This document shows positions 46,172 to 60,398 of a DNA stretch of 64,000 nt, in pieces. The stretch is from the NCBI GenBank assembly GCA_052174135.1, contig JBQMRZ010000004.1:203410-267409 (forward strand). The letters run 5' to 3'. The position numbers and the translations under genes are program-made. The notes below the pieces were generated by a model. The model made no database searches, was not told the DNA's origin, and saw only the letters and a program-made list of their open reading frames with translations. The stretch is from Arsenophonus sp. ET-KM2-MAG3 (GTDB taxonomy: Bacteria; Pseudomonadota; Gammaproteobacteria; Enterobacterales; Enterobacteriaceae). Numbering within the stretch: position 1 is the stretch's first letter; every line of letters starts with the position of its first letter.

Positions 46172-49100
46172 AATTTACATAAATAAATATTTTTTTTATG
46201 ATAATTAATATTATAAGTTATCTTATATACTCAAATAGTATTTTATTGCCTTAAACACTTCTTCTTTATATATTCCACTAAAATATTATAGCTATTAATT
46301 TTTATAAAAATTTTAATTATATTTTTAAAAGAAAAGCTTTGTTTGTTATAAATTTTGAATCTGTAAAAATGCACTATATAAATAATTATATAAGAATAAT
46401 CATCAATAATAATCATTATTTAATTGTTGTATAATTAAAAGTATAAATGCATATCAGTAATGATATCTCAGGCTTACACATTTAAAGATATTAATAACAT
46501 TGATTTTTTGTTAATAATCTTACAAAGTAATTATTTAAAATAATAATTACTTTGTTTAATTAAGAAGTGTAAGAATTAATAAATACATCATATATCAACA
46601 TAATAACAATTTGATTTTTTATATTTTTAATAAACGGGGGATTATTTATCATAAATAAATTGATATTATTAATTATATCTAGAAAAGCTTTTAGAAGCTA
46701 TTATTATATAGTGAAATCCTAAGAGGATTGTTATAATAAAATGTGACCTATAATTAAGTATCATTAATTTTATAATATCAATTATTATTTTATAATTTTA
46801 TTGAATATATACTCTATAAAAAGATTATTAATACAAATTCTTCAATAAATATACAAAATATACAATGAAAAAATTTTAAACGATTAATTTTAAACTTCTT
46901 GATAAAAGCACTAGAACGCTAAATTAAGCTTATATTTTTAGAAAAATGAAAATTTTTAATAAAAAACTATTTCAGTATATAAAGCTAATAATATTATTTA
47001 AAAAAAATTATTCATAATAAATATGCTTATTAATAAAGTTAATAAGAATTTTTTAATAAATTATTTTTTTTAAATAACTCACTTATACACTAAAATAGAT
47101 TATAGGGTAACTTAAAATACTTAAATAAATAATTTTGATAGAAAATTTCTAAAATTTATAATTTTAATTTGTAAAGAATTATCTGATTAATCATTATTTT
47201 TTATATAGTACTTTTATGCAAACTATATTAATGTAATGAAAAAAAAGAAGTTAATGAGGGATTATTAATATAAAAGTTAAATAAATTATTTAATATTCTT
47301 TTCTAATATTTCTTTTAGTTGCTTTTATATTAAAAATTAAAACTTTTAAAATAAATAAAATATTATCTAAATCAATAACGGATATTAATTTGAATAAAAG
47401 TATGAGCGATAACTACGCTTAGGAAATTAAAAAAAGAATATTAAAAATATTGATTGTAGTAAATATATAAAACAAAAGTAATTAGAAATATCATATGGTA
47501 AATAATAAATAAATAAATAATATGATAAATTTCATTAATTTGATAAATATCAAATATTTTTGTAAACTGTAATGTTTATATTTTATGATAAAAATCAAAA
47601 AATTATTATTAATAATAAACATTATTTATAAAAAATAAAATATAGAATATTAATAATGTTAATAAAAATTAAAAATAATCTTTTAATTAAAATACAAAAT
47701 TTTTTAAAAAAAAAGATAAATAATCTAGTTAAATTATAATAAAAATTAAATTATATATTATAAAATAATTATAATATTTATTTTTTTTGGTTTTATAGAT
47801 TCAATTAATTTGAAATAAATTTATTTTGTTGTTTTTAATTTATGCTAATATTTAGCGGTATTTAATAAATTAGTGGTATATCTAGCTTGGTGTCTATCGA
47901 TTATAGACTATAAAATAATTATACTTAAAATATTAAAAAATATTATTAATAAGTAGGATTATCAATTATATACTTCATTAAAGTATTAAGGTTTTAATAA
48001 AATTGATTGTTAAATCCTCCTTTTTTAATAGAAACAACATTTCTACATAAATTACAATAATCGCTAAATTTGATAGTTAATATTAAAAAATAAACTTTAT
48101 AATTTATTTAATTAATTGTAATTTTAATAAAAAAATTACTAACTGTTATTATTAATATTAATTTGTAAATTCAAATATAACATAAGTTATTTTAGTATTA
48201 AACATTAAAAATAGTGCTAACAAATACACATTATAATAAAATTATTAAAACTTTTATTATCAAAGTTTATTAGTAACGTTAATACTAAATAATCTTCTTT
48301 TTTATTTGTTATTTTAGTAATATGCTAATTTTGATAAATCGATATTATATATGTTTATTATTATAATATTTTAATAGAATTTTAAAATAAACATCAAGTA
48401 TATTTAGTGTATATAAAATATTATTAGCATAAAATGTAAATATTAATAGTCGATAATATAAATTATTACTTATCAATTTATTTTAAAAATCTTCCTAAAG
48501 GTATTAAATTTTGTTCTTATTGTAACTTTAAAATTCTGAACAATAAAATGATCAATTATATTCTGTTCAAATAAGATCTAACTAATTGTATTTTAAAATT
48601 AATAAAATTTTTTTTAACTATCTTGTTATTAAATTTTATTATCATTAAATCTTAAAACATTAAATATATTAAAATATCTTAAGCTAAAACTTTAAAATAA
48701 TTTAATATTTGCAGATTAAATTAGTGATACATAAGTTTTATATCTCATAAAAACAAATAAGTGTTATTACTTAGATGATTAAAAGTATTATATAGATAAT
48801 AGAATATTTTTTAATGAAGCGCTAGAAAATTTTAATAATACCTAAACTTCTCTTTTTTATGTATTTCCGATTAATTTATTATTTTATACATACAGATTAC
48901 TAATTTTTTATTAAAATATAAAAATTATTAATTATAATATTGTAAAATACAAGATAATGCATAAATCTTGTCTTTTTATTACTTATTAATACATTAATCA
49001 ATGTATTAATAAGTAGATTTTTATAGCCTAAAAATAAATAACTTGATATTCAATGTTCCTCATAATAAGTACTTATTAGATATCATTTTACGTATATGAA

Positions 49101-50859
49101 AATATCAAAATCTAGATATATTAAAATAACAAACAATTAAAGGATAAATATAACTACTTTATTTTATATTTGGAAAGCTCTATTATTAATTAATTTTGTT
49201 CTTTAATAAAAAAATCTTTATTAAAAAGATATCAAATACTTATATGTAAAAAAAGAAATCTTTTAAGTATTTATACTATTTTAATACCATTACAAGTAAT
49301 CAAAAAAAAAATAAAAATTTGTTGTTTAACTAAAAAGTTAATTGAGGATTCAATCTCATATTAATTATAAGTATTAAATTAATATATACTAAAAAGTCAA
49401 TAACTACCCTCTTAGATAAATATATAAATACTTATAAGATGAAAATCAGCTAGTTATTTATTTTTTATTTTACTTTTAGTAAAATAAAAAATAATTTTAT
49501 TCAAGATATGAAAACTGATGAAATAATAAGCGTTTGATTTATTAAAGATGCCTCTTTAATATAAAATTAAATCTGTTAATTTCTATTAAAATAGACAATA
49601 AACTATTCTAATTTAAATTTTCTCTTTTTTTAAGAAACATGTATTATAAATAGATATTAAGTTTTACTTATCAGTTATTTATTAAATAAATGATAATATT
49701 GAATTTTACTTACTTTTATTTTAAGAGAATAGATATCACAGGCAATAAAACACTACATTAAAATTAATTGTTATTTAATAAGAAATAATAAAAATATTTT
49801 TTTAAATTAATGTAATTTTAAAAAATTCAACTTAATGTTTTATTGAAAAATTTAATATATTTTATTAATTCCTATATAATCATTAATTAATTAATAACAT
49901 TATACAGCATTATCAATTATTATGAAATTTAACTATCAGAAGTACTTTTATAAAAATACTTAGATTTATAGCCACTAATTTTCAATATAGGAGAAATAAA
50001 TTATTTTTTGTAAAAAGATAGTGTCGATTTATTACAAATTTTTAACACAATAACTCTTCTTAAAATATTAGCCACTGATATTGGATTAAATTCCTATAAT
50101 GTCATTTATTACTTGTAATAATTTAAAAATTAATTAACTTTTTGATTTTTTTTAGTTATGAACTTTAATGATATTAAAGATATATATATTAAAATAAATA
50201 ATAATTTTATTGAAATATTTAAAGGCATTAATTTAAATAAAAAAGCTTTATTTATAATAATAAAGTATAATGGTTTAAATACTCTATAATTCAAACCCAT
50301 GCTGAATAACGTTATTTTAACATTAGTAAATTAAATAAATTAGATAACGTAATATCATTTATACTTATACTTATACTTATTCAAGTATATTATCATTAAT
50401 AATTAAATTATTAACTATCTGTAATTATTAACATATTATTAGATTTAGAGTAAATAAAAAAATAACATATATAATAAAAAATTATAATTTTCGTATTATA
50501 TAATAAAGTGATAAAATAAAGAATAGAATAATTGCTTACATTAATTATATTCTAAGATGTTTTTATAATTTAATATAAAATTAATAATATTAAAGTATAT
50601 ATTTATTACTAATGAGCATTAAATTTACAAAATTTATATTTTATTAAAATCAAGCTTTATAAAAATTTATAATCTAATAAAATTTAAGCGATATTTGATG
50701 AGTTTTAATTCATATATCTAAAATATCATTTACCATCAGATTATTTTTTGTGTAATTAAAAATTAAATTATTGTAGTCACTCAGAGTCCTAATGTTAAAT
50801 CTTAATTAGATATATAATTATACTGATAATTTAATTATAAATAATAATGAGGATAAATA

Positions 50860-51948
50860 ATGAGTCAGATATATAATTTTAGCGCAGGCCCGGCTATGTT
50901 GCCGGTAGAAGTTTTGCGTCGCGCACAGAAAGAACTCTGTAATTGGAATAAAATGGGTGTTTCAGTTATGGAAATAAGTCATCGTAGTGAAGCATTTTTA
51001 GAAATGGCAAGAGAAGCTAAACAAAATTTACGTGAATTACTAAAAATACCTGATAACTATAAAATTCTTTTTTGTCACGGGGGGGCTAGAAACCAATTTT
51101 CCGCAATACCATTAAATTTATTTCGAGTTAATGAAATTGTAGACTATATTATAAGCGGATATTGGGGTAAAGCTGCCGCACAAGAAGCAGAAAAATATTG
51201 TATTGTTAATAAAATTAATATTCGACTAGAAAAAACAACTTGCTTAAGTATACAACCAATGGATCAATGGTTATTAACAGCAAATTCTAAATATATTCAT
51301 TATTGCCCAAATGAGACAGCTGATGGCATTTTAATTCAATCATCACCTGATTTTTCATTAGATAAAATTGTTATTGCTGATTATTCATCAGCAATCTTAT
51401 CTCAGCCACTCGATGTGAGTTCTTTTGGTGTTATTTATGCTAGCGCACAAAAAAACATTGGCCCGGCTGGGATTACCTTAGTTATTATTCGTGAAGATTT
51501 ATTAGAGCGAGAAAGAAAAAAAATTCCATCTACTCTTAATTATACTATATTAGCTAAAAATGACTCATTGTATAATACACCGCCGATTTTTGCTTGGTAT
51601 TTATCAGGTATGGTTTTTAAATGGTTAAAAGAACAAGGTGGTTTACAGGAATTCAAAAAACGAAATCAAGAAAAAGCTCGTTTACTGTATGATTTTATTG
51701 ATGATAACAAGTTTTATGTTAATCGAATTGATCCAGTTAATCGTTCAGTAATGAATATTACATTTCAAATATTAAAACCTAATTTAGATAATCAATTTAT
51801 AAAAGAAGCAGAGCAAAATGGATTACTTTTTCTAAAGGGACATAAAGCGATAGGTGGCATGCGCGCTTCAATTTATAATGCTATGCCATTATCTGGCGTA
51901 TATAAACTAATTGATTTTATGATAGATTTTAAACATCAGTATAAATAA
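50860..51948 (+). CDS. serC: phosphoserine/phosphohydroxythreonine aminotransferase
   Basis: The 362-aa ORF is collinear with E. coli SerC ([50 protein letters not shown]), with an AGGA Shine-Dalgarno. Confidence 0.95.
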   Translation: MSQIYNFSAGPAMLPVEVLRRAQKELCNWNKMGVSVMEISHRSEAFLEMAREAKQNLRELLKIPDNYKILFCHGGARNQFSAIPLNLFRVNEIVDYIISGYWGKAAAQEAEKYCIVNKINIRLEKTTCLSIQPMDQWLLTANSKYIHYCPNETADGILIQSSPDFSLDKIVIADYSSAILSQPLDVSSFGVIYASAQKNIGPAGITLVIIREDLLERERKKIPSTLNYTILAKNDSLYNTPPIFAWYLSGMVFKWLKEQGGLQEFKKRNQEKARLLYDFIDDNKFYVNRIDPVNRSVMNITFQILKPNLDNQFIKEAEQNGLLFLKGHKAIGGMRASIYNAMPLSGVYKLIDFMIDFKHQYK

Positions 51949-52064
51949 ATTAAATATTTTTTTTAAGTTAGCAAATTTAATTATATTACTATTTAACTCA
52001 TTAAATCATCATAAATTATCTAAATAATTTATTTAATTTATTTATTATAAAGAATTTATCATTA

Positions 52065-53351
52065 ATGCAAGCCATAACAATACAACCAATCTCTTACATT
52101 GAAGGTACAATTAATCTTCTTGGCTCAAAAAGTATTTCTAATCGAGTATTATTATTAGCTGCATTAGCACAAGGTAAAACTACACTAACCAATCTTCTCG
52201 CTAGTGAGGACATTCGTTATATGCTTAATGCTTTAACAATATTAGGCATTGAATATCAATTATCTAATAATCTCACAACATGCACTGTAAAAGGCCTAGG
52301 GCACTGCTTTAATTATAAAAAAGGTTTAGAGATATTTCTTGGTAATACTGGTACAGCTATGAGATCATTAAGTGCTATTCTAGCATTAGCTGACAATGAT
52401 ATTATCTTAACTGGAGAGCAAAGAATGAAAGAACGCCCCATTGCTCATCTCATTAATGCACTTCAAGAGGGCGGTGCAAATATTGAATATCTTAACAAAC
52501 AAGGTTATCCGCCAATAAGAATAAAAGGTGGTTTTGTTGGTGGTTACATTACAATAGATGGAAGCGTTTCTAGTCAGTTTTTAACTGCACTTTTAATGAC
52601 TTCACCTTTAGCTCCTAGAGATACGATTATTCAGATAAAAGGAAGGCTTGTTTCTAAACCTTATATTGACATTACTATTGCATTAATGCGTAGTTTTGGC
52701 ATTGAAGTAATAAATCAATATTATTATCGTTTTCATATTAAAGGCAAACAACAATATATTTCACCAAAGAATTATCTTGTGGAAGGTGATGCCTCTTCAG
52801 CATCTTATTTTTTAGCTGCTGCAGCAATTAAAGGTGGTAAAGTTAAAGTAACAGGTATTAATAAGTATAGCTTACAAGGTGATACGCAATTTTCTTTTAT
52901 ACTTGAAAAAATGGGAGCTAAAATACATTGGGGTAAAGATTTCATTGAATGTCAAAGAGGTGATAAGTTGATTGGCATTGATATGGATATGAATGCGATC
53001 CCAGATGCAGCAATGACGATTGCAATTTTAGCTCTATTTGCTAAAGGAAAAACAATTATTCGTAATATTTATAACTGGCGTGTAAAAGAAAGTGATAGAT
53101 TAACTGCGCTAGCAACTGAATTATCAAAAGTTGGTGCTACCATAGAAGAGGGATATGACTATATTTGTATTTTTCCACCAAAATTATTAAAGTATGCTAA
53201 AATAGCAACTTACAATGATCATCGTATAGCAATGTGTTTTTCACTTGTTGCTTTATCAGATACTCCAATCACTATTTTAGATCCAAATTGTATAACTAAA
53301 ACTTTCCCAGACTATTTTAATCAGCTAAAAAAAATAAGTTATCGATATTAG
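52065..53351 (+). CDS. aroA: 3-phosphoshikimate 1-carboxyvinyltransferase (EPSP synthase)
   Basis: The 428-aa ORF is collinear with E. coli AroA ([71 protein letters not shown]). Confidence 0.95.
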   Translation: MQAITIQPISYIEGTINLLGSKSISNRVLLLAALAQGKTTLTNLLASEDIRYMLNALTILGIEYQLSNNLTTCTVKGLGHCFNYKKGLEIFLGNTGTAMRSLSAILALADNDIILTGEQRMKERPIAHLINALQEGGANIEYLNKQGYPPIRIKGGFVGGYITIDGSVSSQFLTALLMTSPLAPRDTIIQIKGRLVSKPYIDITIALMRSFGIEVINQYYYRFHIKGKQQYISPKNYLVEGDASSASYFLAAAAIKGGKVKVTGINKYSLQGDTQFSFILEKMGAKIHWGKDFIECQRGDKLIGIDMDMNAIPDAAMTIAILALFAKGKTIIRNIYNWRVKESDRLTALATELSKVGATIEEGYDYICIFPPKLLKYAKIATYNDHRIAMCFSLVALSDTPITILDPNCITKTFPDYFNQLKKISYRY

Positions 53352-53528
53352 AATTTATTAGAAAAATTAATATGATACTAAACTATAAATATTATAATTG
53401 ATATGTTAAATTCTATTTAAATATTTCTTTATTTTTATTAAAATAAAAGATTATATATAATAAGGTATTTATTTTCTTGATAGGAAAGTATTTGCTAAAA
53501 ATATAATCCTATTAAAAGGAAAAATATA

Positions 53529-54206
53529 ATGGTAATCTTACCAACTGTTATTACAATTGATGGGCCAAGTGGCGCTGGGAAAGGTACATTATCTCAAGCA
53601 TTGGCAAATAAACTTGGTTGGCAATTACTTGATTCTGGCGCAATTTATCGTGTTCTAGCTTTATCAACATTATATTATCATGTTGACGTGATGTCTGAAA
53701 AAGCATTACTTTCATTGGCTAGTAATCTTGATGTTTTTTTTAAAATAAGAAAAAAAAAATTAATTGTTATGTTCGAGGGGGAAGATGTCAGTAATAAAAT
53801 TCGTAGTGAAGTTATTGGTAATAAAGCATCGCTTATAGCGACTTTCCCTCAAGTTAGGAAAGCTTTGTTACATCGACAAAGAGCTTTTAGGACTAACCCA
53901 GGATTAATTACTGATGGTCGTGATATGGCAACAGTAGTCTTTCCAGATGCACAAATAAAAATTTTTCTTGATGCTAAGCCTGAAGAACGTGCTCGTAGAC
54001 GAATGCAGCAACTACAAAAAAGGGGCTTTAACGTTAAATCAAGTGATATTTTATTTAATATTAAAAAACGTGATTACCGTGATCACAATAGAGTAATTTC
54101 ACCATTAGTACCTGCAAAAAATTCTTTGATTTTAGATTCAACAAAATTATCTATTGAAAAAGTTATTGAGCAAGTATTTACATATATAAAAAAAAATATA
54201 TATTAA
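53529..54206 (+). CDS. cmk: cytidylate kinase
   Basis: The 225-aa ORF contains [21 protein letters not shown] and [15 protein letters not shown]. Confidence 0.95.
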   Translation: MVILPTVITIDGPSGAGKGTLSQALANKLGWQLLDSGAIYRVLALSTLYYHVDVMSEKALLSLASNLDVFFKIRKKKLIVMFEGEDVSNKIRSEVIGNKASLIATFPQVRKALLHRQRAFRTNPGLITDGRDMATVVFPDAQIKIFLDAKPEERARRRMQQLQKRGFNVKSSDILFNIKKRDYRDHNRVISPLVPAKNSLILDSTKLSIEKVIEQVFTYIKKNIY

Positions 54207-54387
54207 CTGTATAATATATTTAATATAAACATATAATAAATAAATACACTTAGTTGATGTATTTAAGTTTATAATCAGTTAAGTAAACCCTTGTAATAAG
54301 GAGTGTTGAGAGGTATCTAAAATAACCCATATTTATAGCAGGATGTTGAAATTTGAGGTTAAATTAAAAATTTGAAGATCTTATACT
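54207..54387 (+). promoter_or_regulatory. rpsA leader / translation-initiation region
   Basis: This 181-nt gap is visibly more complex and G+C-richer than the deserts (..cccttgtaataaggagtgttgagaggtatc..gcaggatgttgaaatttgaggt..). There is no strong Shine-Dalgarno at the ATG, only GAAG about 10 nt upstream. In E. coli, rpsA is translated from a structured, Shine-Dalgarno-poor, autoregulated leader. The function here is inferred and the fold was not computed. Confidence 0.4.
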
Positions 54388-56067
54388 ATGACAGAATCAT
54401 TTGCTCAACTCTTTGAAGAATCTTTACAGAGTATTGAGACCCGTCCAGGGGCTATTGTGCGTGGTGTTATTGTTGCTATCGACAAAGATATTGTATTAGT
54501 TGATGCTGGTCTGAAATCAGAATCAGCGATTCCAGTAGAACAATTTAAAAATGTATACGGTGAGTTAGAAATTCAGGTTAGTGATGAAATCGATGTTGCT
54601 TTAGATGCAGTAGAAGATGGTTTTGGTGAAACCATTCTATCTCGTGAAAAAGCAAAGCGTCATGAAGCTTGGTTGATGCTAGAAAAAGCTTATGAAGATA
54701 TCGAAACAGTTATAGGTATTATTAATGGTAAGGTAAAAGGTGGTTTTACAGTAGAATTAAATGGTATTCGTGCGTTTTTACCTGGATCACTAGTTGATAT
54801 TCGCCCAGTTCGTGATACAACTCACCTTGAAGATAAAGAACTTGAGTTTAAAGTTATCAAGCTTGATCAGAAGCGCAATAATGTTGTTGTTTCACGTCGT
54901 GCTGTTATTGAGTCTGAAAGTAGTGCAGAACGTGATTATTTATTAGAAAACTTGCAAGAAGGAATGAAAGTTAAAGGTATTGTTAAGAATTTAACTGATT
55001 ATGGTGCATTTGTTGATCTTGGAGGTGTTGATGGGTTATTACATATTACTGATATGGCTTGGAAACGTGTTAAACATCCAAGTGAAATTGTCAATGTTGG
55101 TGATGAAATAAATATTATAGTATTGAAGTTTGATCGTGATCGTATGCGCGTATCTTTAGGTCTCAAGCAGCTTGAAGAAGATCCATGGGCTGCTATTGCT
55201 AAACGTTATCCAGAAGGAATTAAGTTGACAGGGCGAGTAACTAACCTTACTGATTATGGTTGTTTTGTTGAAATTGAAGAAGGTGTTGAAGGTTTGGTAC
55301 ACGTTTCTGAAATGGACTGGACTAATAAAAATATTCATCCATCTAAAGTTGTTAATATTAGTGATGTTGTTGAAGTTATGGTATTAGATATTGATGAAGA
55401 ACGACGTCGCATATCATTAGGTTTGAAGCAATGTAAAGTAAATCCATGGCAACAATTTGCAGAAACGCATAATAAAAATGATCGCGTTGAAGGTAAAATA
55501 AAATCCATTACTGATTTTGGTATCTTTATCGGTTTACAAGGATGTATTGATGGTTTGGTTCATCTTTCTGATATTTCTTGGAAGGTCTCAGGAGAAGAGG
55601 CTGTTCAAGAATATAAAAAAGGCGATGAAATTACTGCTGTTGTATTACAAGTTGATGCTGAACGTGAACGTATTTCTTTAGGTATTAAACAGTTAACAGA
55701 AGATCCATTTGATAATTATCTATCTACTCATAAGAAAGGTGTTATCGTTACAGGTAAAGTGATTTTTCTTGATTCAAAAGGGGCAACGATTGAGTTAGAT
55801 ACTGGGATTGAAGGTTATTTGCGTATACCTGAAATCTTACGTGATCAGATAAAAGACAAAAATATTACTAAAGTATTAAATATTGGTGACAAAGTTGAAG
55901 TTAAATATACTAGTGTTGATCGCAAAAATCGTATTATTATTTTGTCTTTTTGTGAAAAAGATGAAGCAGATGATAAAGATACAATTACTTCTTTAAATAA
56001 GCAAGAAGATGCTAATTTTACAACTAGTACTATGGCTGAAGCATTCAAAGCTGCTAAAGGTGAATAA
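54388..56067 (+). CDS. rpsA: 30S ribosomal protein S1
   Basis: The 559-aa ORF has six S1 repeats and is nearly identical to E. coli RpsA over long stretches ([13 protein letters not shown].., [20 protein letters not shown]). Confidence 0.97.
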   Translation: MTESFAQLFEESLQSIETRPGAIVRGVIVAIDKDIVLVDAGLKSESAIPVEQFKNVYGELEIQVSDEIDVALDAVEDGFGETILSREKAKRHEAWLMLEKAYEDIETVIGIINGKVKGGFTVELNGIRAFLPGSLVDIRPVRDTTHLEDKELEFKVIKLDQKRNNVVVSRRAVIESESSAERDYLLENLQEGMKVKGIVKNLTDYGAFVDLGGVDGLLHITDMAWKRVKHPSEIVNVGDEINIIVLKFDRDRMRVSLGLKQLEEDPWAAIAKRYPEGIKLTGRVTNLTDYGCFVEIEEGVEGLVHVSEMDWTNKNIHPSKVVNISDVVEVMVLDIDEERRRISLGLKQCKVNPWQQFAETHNKNDRVEGKIKSITDFGIFIGLQGCIDGLVHLSDISWKVSGEEAVQEYKKGDEITAVVLQVDAERERISLGIKQLTEDPFDNYLSTHKKGVIVTGKVIFLDSKGATIELDTGIEGYLRIPEILRDQIKDKNITKVLNIGDKVEVKYTSVDRKNRIIILSFCEKDEADDKDTITSLNKQEDANFTTSTMAEAFKAAKGE

Positions 56068-56125
56068 TTCAGTTAATCATTGGGACAAAATGCTACCTTG
56101 TAATAATAGTTTAGATGGAGATACT

Positions 56126-56410
56126 ATGACTAGATCCAAATTAATTGAAAAACTTATTAATCAATTAGCTTATATACCATCAAAATTCATTGAAAAAGCA
56201 GTGAAAGAAATACTTGATCACATGGTAATAACTCTTTCTAATGGAGAACGTATTGAAATCCGTGGATTTGGCAGTTTTTCTCTTCATTACCGTTCCTCGC
56301 GTATTGGCCGTAATCCAAAAAATGGTAATAAAGTTTATTTAAAAGGAAAACAAGTTCCTCATTTTAAGCCAGGTAAAGAATTACGTGATCGCGTTAATAT
56401 TTATGCATAA
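56126..56410 (+). CDS. ihfB: integration host factor subunit beta
   Basis: The 94-aa product from the internal Met ([10 protein letters not shown].., [39 protein letters not shown]) is preceded by GGAG at 56117-56120. The ORF-track extension from 56009 overlaps the rpsA 3' end and is non-homologous. Confidence 0.95.
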   Translation: MTRSKLIEKLINQLAYIPSKFIEKAVKEILDHMVITLSNGERIEIRGFGSFSLHYRSSRIGRNPKNGNKVYLKGKQVPHFKPGKELRDRVNIYA

Positions 56411-56438
56411 AAGAATTAATAGATTTAATTTATTTATT

Positions 56439-56490
56439 CCATTAATATGGTGTCTCAATAAGACACCATATTAATGGTAATAGTTTTTTT
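56439..56490 (+). terminator. Rho-independent terminator of cmk-rpsA-ihfB
   Basis: The hairpin ccattaatatggtgtct caata agacaccatattaatgg has a perfect 17-bp stem and a 5-nt loop. It is followed by taatagTTTTTTT and begins 29 nt after the ihfB stop. Confidence 0.8.
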
Positions 56491-56664
56491 ATTTTTAATA
56501 ATAGTTATTATAACAATAGTTCTCATTATAGATAATGAGTATAAATATTAATTTAAAATAAGAGAATATAATGCTAGAATTATCACCTTTAATTTTTAAT
56601 ATTAATTATTTAATAAACTACTTTAATTATAATTAATTATTATATGTTATTTTTTGTTATTTAT

Positions 56665-56709
56665 ATTAATATTAAATTTATTACTAATAGTAATAAATTT
56701 AATATTAAT
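56665..56709. repeat. Perfect 45-nt palindrome with 22-bp arms around a central A
   Basis: The sequence is attaatattaaatttattacta a tagtaataaatttaatattaat, checked base by base. It lies 175 nt downstream of the ihfB terminator, at the start of the ihfB-msbA desert. Confidence 0.9.
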
Positions 56710-58652
56710 GCTTATAAAGATCTTTTTAAAAATAAAAAATATTAAGTAAATAAGAGTAATGTTATGTAGACTATATTAAACTAGGTTAGTAACTAAAGTA
56801 TTAGTTTAGAATAAGATAACTTTGTTTTATAAATAAATTTTTTTAGTTAATTAAAACTTATGCATAATTTATTAAATCACGGTAATTTAATTTGTAATTT
56901 TATGATATAAATAAATATTTATTAGAAATCTTTTTTTAAAATAATTTCATTAATTAATAAGATGATAAATAAATGTGTTAATTATGAAGTAATTTTATGC
57001 TTTAATATTCTGAAAATATTCATTATTGGAATTAGTATTGATATAACAATTATAACAAAAAATAAATATTACGCATTTAATAACTATCTTAAATTTATAT
57101 ATTAGAATAGCTTATTTATTTTTATTTATTTTGTTTAATAGAATTTAATTTTTGTTATTTCTATTTATTTAAATTAATAATATATCGTTAAAATAAGCTA
57201 TATTTATTTTATCATTATACCTTTTTTTATATTTAGTAAAAATATTTACTTTATTTTATCAAATAGAGTATCATTCTAAGTATTATTTAATTTTAATACT
57301 TTAACTTCCTGTATTAATATTTATTAATAAATTTTAGTTTTTAAAATTTTTTTTTATTAAATTAATATCTTATTTTTTTTAATCAATTATAGAGATTAAG
57401 CGTATCTAGCTATATTTAATTATATAGTTAGATATTTTTAGTCATTTATAATTCAAAATGCTTATTTTAATAGTTCCAATTTAATAAATTTTACTTAAAT
57501 AAATTGTTAATATTATTTTTTTTTGATTAATTTATGCTTGCGATATCAACTAAGTTTATTTATAAAAATTCCATTAATTATAGTTTTATATATTTATATT
57601 TTAAATATGAAACATAAAGTTATCATTTGATATATTAATCACTAATAAAAACTTTATTTTAATAAATTTATCGCTAACTAATATTAATTATAGAATATTT
57701 ATTTAATACTAATTATTTTTAAATTATTAAAATTTGACTAAATGAATTATTATATAATAATGGTTATTGTTGGTTTATTTATTATTAAAAATTGATATTT
57801 TTTTTTAAAATATTAGGTGATGCTACTTATAATATAAAAATTTTTATTTTTTTTTAAATTAATCATTTTAGATATAGAATATAGATAAATAATTATTATT
57901 AAAGAACATAAAAAATGTTTATTTATCACATTAATATTTCATTCAAAGTATTACTAGAAATACTATTTTCTTTATCTATAACAATATTTATCTTTTAATA
58001 GCTGAAAGATTATATTTAATTATAATTTATATTAGTTATATTGATGATCTAACTAATTTGCTGTTAAACTATTATTAATTAATAATTAAAATATTTTTGA
58101 TAAATTTTTTACTATATAAACATTTATTAAAAATAGCAGAAATTATACCTTAAGTATTATAAACAAATAACTCTAATCAAAAATAATCACATAATAATAA
58201 ATTATTTGCAATAAAAATTAATGATAACTATCATTCAATTATTTTATGTATAGAAATTAAAAAAGATAAGAAGGAATTTATTCATTTATTAATAACAGAT
58301 TTACCGAACAATTTATTATGAATCCATTACTATGGTAACAATATTTAGTCAAAACTGATTTTATTCAAGCAATTAAATTATAATATTTATTTATTTACGT
58401 TGTTTTATAGCTACGTAATGAATACTCACTTTCTGATAAAATATATAATTGATAGGTTAATTTTAATGTAAATTAGTTAATTATAATAAAATTAAGATAG
58501 ATTATAGCGTAATTCTGTTTTAATTTTTATTAAAATAATAAGTTATAGATAAGAGGTTTATTCTTTTTTGTATCACCACCAGTTTGTTATTTAGATATTT
58601 CCTTAGTAAAATAAATAGTTTATTTTCATCGGTATTTAACAAGATAATGATA

Positions 58653-60398
58653 ATGAATGATAAAGATCTATCTACATGGCAAACATTTCGCCGACTATGG
58701 CCAATGATTTTACCATTTAAATTAGGATTAAGTGTAGCTGCTGTTGCATTAATTATTAACGCTACAGCTGATGCATTCATGATCTCATTATTAAAACCTT
58801 TGCTTGATGAAGGTTTCGGTAAAACTGAAAATAGTACATTAAAATGTTTACCTATCGCTATACTTGGATTAATGTTAATAAGAGGAATATCGAGTTTTAT
58901 TTCTAATTATTGCATTGCATGGGTTTCTGGTAAAGTAGTAATGAATATGCGTAGACGTTTATTTAGTCATATGATGGGGATGCCTGTTGCTTTTTTTGAC
59001 AAACAATCAACAGGAACCTTACTTTCTCGTATTACTTATGACTCAGAACAAGTCGCCTCATCTTCATCTAGTGCTTTAATTACTATTGTTAGAGAGAGCG
59101 CTTATATTATAGGTTTATTTGGGCTTATGTTTTATTATAGTTGGCAACTTTCACTTATATTAATTGTAATCGCACCTATTGTTGCGTTAACTATACGCTC
59201 AGTTTCCAAACACTTTAGGAGTATTAGTAAAAGCATGCAAACTGGTATGGGACAAGTAACAGCTAGTGCGGAACAGATGTTAAAGGGTCATAAGGAAGTT
59301 TTAATTTTTGGAGGTCAAAAAGTTGAAACTGAGCGTTTTAGTAAAGTAAGTAATCATATGCGGCGACAGACAATGAAAATGGTAACAGCATCTTCGATTT
59401 CTGATCCAATTATTCAATTGATCGCATCTTTAGCATTAGCATTTACGCTTTATATCGCAAGTTTTCCTGAAGTTATGCAAACATTGACAGTAGGAACTAT
59501 TGGTGTTGTTTTTTCATCCATGTTTGCATTAATGCGCCCTTTAAAATCATTAACAAATGTTAATGCACAATTTCAGCGAGGTATGGCTGCGTGTCAAACA
59601 TTGTTTACAATTCTAGATATGGAGAAGGAAAAAGATGAAGGTAAATTAACATTAAAAAAAGCTAAAGGTAAAATAGAATTTAAAGATGTTACCTTTAAAT
59701 ATCCAACAAAAGAGCATCCTGCATTACATAATATTTGTTTTAAAATTCCTGCTGGAAAATCAATTGCTTTAGTTGGACGATCAGGTTCAGGAAAATCAAC
59801 TATTGCAAATTTAATTACACGTTTTTATGAAATTAACAAAGGACAAATATTACTTGATGATCGTGATTTACGTGAATATACTTTAACATCTTTACGTAGC
59901 CAAATTGCTCTTGTTTCTCAACATGTTTATCTTTTTAATGATACTATTGCAAATAATATTGCTTATGCAACAACCGATGGTCGTTTTAGGCGAAAAGCAA
60001 CTGAAAAAGCTGCTAAAATGGCTTATGCGATGGATTTTATTCAAAAATTAGATAATGGATTAGATACTATTATTGGTGAAAATGGCGTGATGCTTTCTGG
60101 AGGACAACGCCAGCGAATTGCCATCGCACGTGCTTTATTATATAACTCATCTATATTAATTCTTGATGAAGCTACATCTGCACTTGATACTGAATCAGAG
60201 AGAGCTATTCAAGCAGCATTAGATGAATTACAAAAAAATCGAACTTCTATTATTATTGCTCATCGTCTTTCAACAATAGAGAATGCAGATGAAATTTTGT
60301 TTATTCAAGATGGTAAAATTATTGAACGAGGAGACCATCAAACTTTACTTAAGTTTGATGGGGCGTACGCTCAGCTTTATAGTATGCAATTTAAATAA
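58653..60398 (+). CDS. msbA: lipid A export ATP-binding/permease protein (lipid flippase)
   Basis: The ORF is collinear with E. coli MsbA from [17 protein letters not shown].. (Walker [10 protein letters not shown], signature LSGGQRQR, Walker [13 protein letters not shown]). The start is set at 58653, with 58647 also possible. The ORF-track start at 58584 adds non-homologous residues. Confidence 0.95.
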   Translation: MNDKDLSTWQTFRRLWPMILPFKLGLSVAAVALIINATADAFMISLLKPLLDEGFGKTENSTLKCLPIAILGLMLIRGISSFISNYCIAWVSGKVVMNMRRRLFSHMMGMPVAFFDKQSTGTLLSRITYDSEQVASSSSSALITIVRESAYIIGLFGLMFYYSWQLSLILIVIAPIVALTIRSVSKHFRSISKSMQTGMGQVTASAEQMLKGHKEVLIFGGQKVETERFSKVSNHMRRQTMKMVTASSISDPIIQLIASLALAFTLYIASFPEVMQTLTVGTIGVVFSSMFALMRPLKSLTNVNAQFQRGMAACQTLFTILDMEKEKDEGKLTLKKAKGKIEFKDVTFKYPTKEHPALHNICFKIPAGKSIALVGRSGSGKSTIANLITRFYEINKGQILLDDRDLREYTLTSLRSQIALVSQHVYLFNDTIANNIAYATTDGRFRRKATEKAAKMAYAMDFIQKLDNGLDTIIGENGVMLSGGQRQRIAIARALLYNSSILILDEATSALDTESERAIQAALDELQKNRTSIIIAHRLSTIENADEILFIQDGKIIERGDHQTLLKFDGAYAQLYSMQFK

